A stretch of 31,398 bases of DNA, taken from positions 1-31,398 of the forward strand of contig JAZDPL010000048.1 in the NCBI GenBank assembly GCA_043797665.1, read 5' to 3'. The stretch comes from Candidatus Omnitrophota bacterium. GTDB taxonomy: Bacteria; Ratteibacteria; UBA8468; MWAK01. Both the position numbers and the translations under genes were made by a program. Under the pieces are notes generated by a model that was not told where the DNA came from, searched no databases, and saw only the letters and a program-made list of their open reading frames with translations. This document shows, one piece after another, positions 26,485 to 31,398 of this stretch. Each line of letters opens with the position of its first letter. Position 1 is the first letter of the stretch.

Positions 26485-29400
26485 AGCGAATACTTCTCCT
26501 TTTTTGCCTGCTGATCTTCGCAGGCAACCGGAACCTTTTTGCCATAAGCGACTCCCTGCCGGGCAGCGCCTGGCTCGATGCTTCCGGAAAATATGCCACC
26601 GGTACGCAAAGAATTATTTCCATTCAAAATGATTATCTCACCGTAAATCAATGGGTAGGAGCAACAAACGGTTACCTCACCCAGATTGAGATTCTGGAAA
26701 ATTCCTCCGGCCGCATCATCTTCTCAACCGACTTTCTCCAGGAATGGTCTTTGAACGAAAACAAACTCGGTTACTATGCCATACCGGCCGGCGGTTTGCC
26801 GGAAGCTGTCCCGCGTTACGAAAACATAGCCAATCGCGGAGGGATCTTCTTCTGGGACTGGAATACCGGTCAGTGGCTGGTCTGGAGCAATAAAACCAAC
26901 CAACCGGACCCGGATAAAACGGTCTCCTTCCCTGCCGGCATGCCTGATTTTAAAACAAACGCATTTAAGGAAAGTTTCCGCTGGAAATACGTCCTGCAGG
27001 AAAATTTCACCGCAAGAACCGAGATTATTCTGGAGATGAAAAAGGGTGTCCCAGCGGTAAAGGTGACCGTCCTCCCTGATTTCTGCTTCGACTTCAACAT
27101 CAAAGCAAAACTGAAATTTCCCTCTTCGGAAGTTGAATCGGCCGAGGTTAACCTCGGAGCCGATAAACCGCGGGTTTTCTTCCTGCCTTCTTCGGAAAAC
27201 TCCTTCCCGGAAGCATTCTTTTTCTACCTGGAACCTTCATCTTTTGCCAGCCAGAAGATAACCGGCGCAAAAGATTCTTTCCAGATGCATTTTGGGGATA
27301 CCGGTAATTCTCCGGCTCAATCCAAAAAAATTATCTTTTACGTGGGCCTGGCCGAAAACGATTACGGAAAGATTTCCACGGTTGAAAAAGCGATAGAACC
27401 ATTAAGAAAAATGGAGGTTATCAGTCTGATATCCCAGGGAGAGCGTATAGTTTTCAACCAAGGGGAAGAAATCACCTGGACGCTGTCCTTCCCGAAAGAA
27501 TTTGCCGGGGAGATCCTTAATCTGGAACTCGGCGGAAAGGAAAAAGTTCTTCTTTCCGAAACAAAAACCCTGCCGGAAAATAAAGACAGGGTAAGTTTTC
27601 TGCTGCCAACCCGGTTCCTTGCCCCTGGCCGTTACAGGATATCGGCCATCCTGAAATCGAAGACCGGGGAATCCGCAACGGCAAGCCACTGGTTTTCTCT
27701 TGCCCCGGAATCTGACCCGGGAACATTTCCGGTCCAGACCTGGTTCCACGGGACTCCGATGGGCCTGGAGACTTTCCGGAAACTAAGTACCGTTTTTAAC
27801 CGGTTTCTGGTCTTTTCGGACCAGTTGCCTGGATATGTGGATACCGCGGCTCTGCAGAATTCAAAAATCTGCGTCGGTCTGACCCCGGCTCAACCCTCCT
27901 GGTGGGAAAGTTCACCGAATAGTCAGGAACTAAGAAACGGCGCGGCAAGGCACAGCCGGTTGATATCCGAAAGATTTTCGGACTTTCCGGCGGTTGATAT
28001 GGTGGATATTTACAGCGAAAAAGGAAACAGGCCGGCAAAGGACGCCGATACTCTGGAAAGGATGCACCGGGAAATCGGGCTTAAAGAATTCCCTGTTTTG
28101 AACTGGCAAAAGGGCATCATTCCGGACAGCGACCCCTACCTCCGATATTGTCTGTGGTGGGACAAAGAAGGCGGAGTACCGAACTTTCTGGGTTTCGTGG
28201 CCACGGCCATCAAAGAGTCTGTCCCGCAAATATCCGCCGGACATTCTGAGGGGTTTATGGCTGCAGCCGGAAACTATCTTTATGCGCCGGGACTCTGGGA
28301 AAGGCTGGATTTCCTTTTCAAGTGGACCTATACTCTTCCGGACCCGAAATTGATTGCATTCGCTTCCGAATGCCTGCGAAGCGCTGCTCGAAAAGACCAG
28401 CGGGTCTGTTCCAACATTCAACTTTTGTGGAAAAAGGACTGGATTGAACCCGGCCGCCATTACACCATCAACGCCGACATTCTCAGGGAAACCACCTGGC
28501 TTTCGATGGGCCGGGGTGTTGACATCCTTTCCTATTGGCCGCATTTTTTTCTCACCAAGGGTTCAGAGTTCAAGGAACAGGGCGTTGAAACCGTAACGTG
28601 CCCGGAGGAACTCTGGGAGGAAATGAAAAGTTTGAAGCAAGACCTGTTCCTGCCTTACGGGTACTTTTGCTCACAGATGAAAAGGCCGCTGACTTCAACC
28701 GGACTCCTCTATTCTGTGACTGAAGAAATAGGGAGCGGCTGGAAACATCAGGAAGATGCGGCTGAATTGTGGTACCAGCTCGCCCAGGCGCATATACCCA
28801 CGGAAATCGTATACGAGGAAAACATAATCCAAGGCGACCTTTCCCGGTATCAGACGCTGGTTCTTCCCAAAATTACTTATATGCGCGAAAGCGTTCTGGA
28901 AACCCTCAAGAAGTTCGCGGACGGCGGCGGGATCATCCTGACGGAAACCGAACTGCCTTTTTTGCCGCAGACAAAAAAAATCCCCCAATTTGAGGGGTCC
29001 GGCGACCAATTGCTGAAGAAATTTTTTGAACCGGGGTTTTCCGTGAAACCAGACGACGTTAAAAACTGGCAAACCACCCCGAATATAAACCTGTCCGCGG
29101 AAGACGGCAAAATAAAACTAACGGAAAACGACACGGTCGGCTACGGCGCGGCGTATTTTTCCGTAAGCGCGGACCTGACGCAATACCCGGTTCTTAAGAT
29201 TTCCGTCCTTAAATCAGAAGGAAAATGGTCCTTGCAGGTTGAGGATTTTGGCGCGTTAGCCCCGGAAACGGACGCAACCGGGGTCTTCACCTATGACCTT
29301 GGCTCGCTTACCGGTTGGAAGGGCAAGAAGAATTTCAAATTGTACATTTATGAAGCAGGTAGAGGAAAATCACTCTGGATAGAATCACTGGAGATTGGCC

Positions 29401-30122
29401 GGATTACCGCCACGCCCGAAGTAATGGAACAGAAAGCGAAGGAATCGGCCCGGCAGCAGAAAATCGCTTTTTTCCGCGGGGAATTCCTGAAGACGGACGG
29501 AACTGCCCCCTTCGCCGATACGGAAAACCCGGAAGTGGTTTTAACCCAGATGGAAAGAGGTCAGGCAAAATACGTTTTACTGGTAAACGACCAAAGGACT
29601 TTTGGAAACTGGGTCGGACAGTTTAAAAACTACAGGGAAAAAGGCGTTGATCAGGAAATAACCCTGAAGGTAAATGAAAAAAACTTTTTTGCATATGACC
29701 TTCAGAAACATCAAAAACTGAATTTTCAACCGGGGGACCGCCTGAAAATAGACCTGCCGGCCGGCGGAGGGAAAATCCTGGCTTTTTACCCCCGGGAAAT
29801 TGCATCAGTCAAACTCAAGATTCCAGGCGAATGCCACACCGGAACAATGCTGAAGTTCGGCGTGGAAGTTAACGACAAAGAGCAGAAAAAAATAGCCGGA
29901 ATTCAACCCCTTTCGCTTACTCTGACCAAAGCAAACGGCGAAACGGCAACCCTTTACCGGACCGCCGGAGAAGGTTTTTATGAAGGTGAAATTGTCGTTG
30001 CCGACAATGAACCCTGCGGAAAATGGAAAATGTCGGCAACAGAACTTGGTTCCGGCGTCAAAACCGCGGCTGAATTCAACGTGATGCAGGATGAGATAAA
30101 GACATCCTTCAACTGGAGATGA
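26481..30122 (+). CDS. Large predicted secreted multidomain GH42-like protein with CBM-like insert and C-terminal Ig-like domain
   Basis: Signal peptide MKRILLLFCLLIFAG and ATGA overlap with the upstream gene. Motifs WTYTLPDP, GRGVDILSYW, IPTEIVYEE..YQTLVLP..FADGGGIIL and NEPCGKWKMSATELGSG. Confidence 0.65.
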   Translation: MKRILLLFCLLIFAGNRNLFAISDSLPGSAWLDASGKYATGTQRIISIQNDYLTVNQWVGATNGYLTQIEILENSSGRIIFSTDFLQEWSLNENKLGYYAIPAGGLPEAVPRYENIANRGGIFFWDWNTGQWLVWSNKTNQPDPDKTVSFPAGMPDFKTNAFKESFRWKYVLQENFTARTEIILEMKKGVPAVKVTVLPDFCFDFNIKAKLKFPSSEVESAEVNLGADKPRVFFLPSSENSFPEAFFFYLEPSSFASQKITGAKDSFQMHFGDTGNSPAQSKKIIFYVGLAENDYGKISTVEKAIEPLRKMEVISLISQGERIVFNQGEEITWTLSFPKEFAGEILNLELGGKEKVLLSETKTLPENKDRVSFLLPTRFLAPGRYRISAILKSKTGESATASHWFSLAPESDPGTFPVQTWFHGTPMGLETFRKLSTVFNRFLVFSDQLPGYVDTAALQNSKICVGLTPAQPSWWESSPNSQELRNGAARHSRLISERFSDFPAVDMVDIYSEKGNRPAKDADTLERMHREIGLKEFPVLNWQKGIIPDSDPYLRYCLWWDKEGGVPNFLGFVATAIKESVPQISAGHSEGFMAAAGNYLYAPGLWERLDFLFKWTYTLPDPKLIAFASECLRSAARKDQRVCSNIQLLWKKDWIEPGRHYTINADILRETTWLSMGRGVDILSYWPHFFLTKGSEFKEQGVETVTCPEELWEEMKSLKQDLFLPYGYFCSQMKRPLTSTGLLYSVTEEIGSGWKHQEDAAELWYQLAQAHIPTEIVYEENIIQGDLSRYQTLVLPKITYMRESVLETLKKFADGGGIILTETELPFLPQTKKIPQFEGSGDQLLKKFFEPGFSVKPDDVKNWQTTPNINLSAEDGKIKLTENDTVGYGAAYFSVSADLTQYPVLKISVLKSEGKWSLQVEDFGALAPETDATGVFTYDLGSLTGWKGKKNFKLYIYEAGRGKSLWIESLEIGRITATPEVMEQKAKESARQQKIAFFRGEFLKTDGTAPFADTENPEVVLTQMERGQAKYVLLVNDQRTFGNWVGQFKNYREKGVDQEITLKVNEKNFFAYDLQKHQKLNFQPGDRLKIDLPAGGGKILAFYPREIASVKLKIPGECHTGTMLKFGVEVNDKEQKKIAGIQPLSLTLTKANGETATLYRTAGEGFYEGEIVVADNEPCGKWKMSATELGSGVKTAAEFNVMQDEIKTSFNWR

Positions 30123-30123
30123 T

Positions 30124-31224
30124 ATGAAGATTCAGGCGATATTTGAAAAACTGGCACCCCGCATTATCCACTCCGACCTCAAGGTAAAAAAGGGGGAAAT
30201 CGTTCTAATCAGGGTGGGCAGCCACCAATTAAATTATGCAGCCCCCTTGTACCTGAACATCTGCCGGGAGGGCGCCATCCCATTCATTGAGATTTATGAT
30301 GATTCGCTTTTTTCCCGCAGACTGACGGAAGTTCCGACCAGGACCCTCTCAAAAGTACCGCAGTTCCCTCCATCCTGGGCGAAAGAGATTGACGCGGAAA
30401 TCCTCTTCACCTTTCTTTTTCAAGACCCGGAACTGTTGAAAAAAATCCCGGCTGAAAGACTGGGGGCGGTCCAGAAGGCGGACCGCAGAACCAAGGAGGA
30501 GTTTGACAGAAAAAGAACCCGGCGCTGCGTCATCGGCTTTCCCGACCAATCGCTCCGTCAGATGCTCGACACCGATTATTCCGATTACGAAAAGATGTTC
30601 TGGGCTTCGTTCCAGACGGAACCGTCCCGTCTGAGAAAAATAGGCGCGCCAATCAAGAAAATTCTGGAAAAAGCAAAGACTATCCGCGTTCTTTCGGCCA
30701 ACGGCACTGACATCAGTTTCAACGTCGGCGACCGGCCGATCTTTTTCCATTCCGGGGACCTGAAACCGAAGGAATACCGGGCCGGGTCAAGGGTAGCCGG
30801 CCTTCCCGCCGGGGAAGTTTTTCTCGCGCCGATAGAGGATTCGGCGGAGGGGAAGGCGGTCTTTGAGGCGGACGCCCTGACCGGCGACGGATTCGGAAAA
30901 CTGACGCTATGTTTTCAACGGGGAAAAGTAGTAAAGGCAACGGCGGATAAAAACATAAATTTCTTCAACAATCGGCTGCGCTCCGGCTCCGGCGACAAAA
31001 ATTCCATTGCCGAGTTTGCCTTCGGAATCAATCCGGCGCTGCATTTGATTAAGGGCAAGGTCTGGGACGAACGGACCCCGGGCACCATCCACATCGCCAT
31101 CGGCAACAACAGTCTTTGGGGCGGCAAAAACGATGCCAGCATCCACTGGGATTTTTTCATGGTAAAACCGACCGTTTATGCCGATAAGAAACTGGTCATG
31201 AAAGAAGGCGAATTAAAAATTTAA
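30124..31224 (+). CDS. Peptidase M29 family aminopeptidase (AmpS/AmpT-like)
   Basis: Motifs LPAGEVFLAP, IAEFAFGIN, DERTPGTIHIAIG and SIHWDF carry the expected metal ligands. Confidence 0.9.
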   Translation: MKIQAIFEKLAPRIIHSDLKVKKGEIVLIRVGSHQLNYAAPLYLNICREGAIPFIEIYDDSLFSRRLTEVPTRTLSKVPQFPPSWAKEIDAEILFTFLFQDPELLKKIPAERLGAVQKADRRTKEEFDRKRTRRCVIGFPDQSLRQMLDTDYSDYEKMFWASFQTEPSRLRKIGAPIKKILEKAKTIRVLSANGTDISFNVGDRPIFFHSGDLKPKEYRAGSRVAGLPAGEVFLAPIEDSAEGKAVFEADALTGDGFGKLTLCFQRGKVVKATADKNINFFNNRLRSGSGDKNSIAEFAFGINPALHLIKGKVWDERTPGTIHIAIGNNSLWGGKNDASIHWDFFMVKPTVYADKKLVMKEGELKI

Positions 31225-31259
31225 AGGGTATTACGCAAAATTTATTGGGGAGGTAAAAA

Positions 31260-31291
31260 GTAAATTACCCCGTGCTTCCGCACGGGGCATT
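31260..31291. repeat. GC-rich hairpin resembling an IS200/IS605-superfamily element end
   Basis: GTAAATTA CCCCGTGC TTCC GCACGGGG CATT: perfect 8-bp stem (31268-31275 with 31280-31287) and no U-tract. Confidence 0.5.
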
Positions 31292-31325
31292 GGGACATTA
31301 AAAATGTTTGTATTCAACATTCAAG

Positions 31326-31375
31326 GTAGGGGCTTGATTTATCAAGCCCGCGGGTCGGATAAATCCGACCCCTAC
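31326..31375. repeat. Inverted doublet of GTAG-type REP sequences
   Basis: Plus strand: GTAG GGGCTTGAT TT ATCAAGCCC (31326-31349). Minus strand: GTAG GGGTCGGAT TT ATCCGACCC (31375-31352). The two units are separated by 2 bp. Confidence 0.8.
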
Positions 31376-31398
31376 AATTTTGATTGCAAAACAGATCC

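Noticed and set aside
31268..31287. Rho-independent terminator for the right arm
   Set aside because: The stem is strong but there is no U-tract on either strand, so it is reported as a possible mobile-element hairpin instead.

Overview
Dense bacterial catabolic region made of two divergent gene arms that share a 19337-19606 control region. The leftward arm (minus strand, 19336 to <1) runs: ROK repressor, prepilin-type DUF1559/H-X9-DG protein, three predicted secreted carbohydrate-related proteins, a DUF5696-like glycosidase, a URO-D-superfamily protein, an MttB-family methyltransferase, a FucI/AraA-like isomerase, a DUF362 Fe-S protein, a GH2, a DegT aminotransferase and a second MttB. The second MttB runs off the window edge and is missing from the ORF track. 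The rightward arm (plus strand) runs: AraR-like GntR/LacI regulator, frameshifted sugar epimerase, second prepilin H-X9-DG protein, URO-D-superfamily protein, FAD oxidoreductase, two paralogous secreted GH42-like proteins and an M29 aminopeptidase. It ends in an IS200/IS605-like hairpin and a GTAG REP doublet. Both arms resemble glycan-utilisation loci led by a pilin-like gene, with no SusC/D, ABC or MFS transporter in the window. This gene content is typical of PVC-group bacteria (inference). All family calls come from reading motifs by eye; no database search was run.
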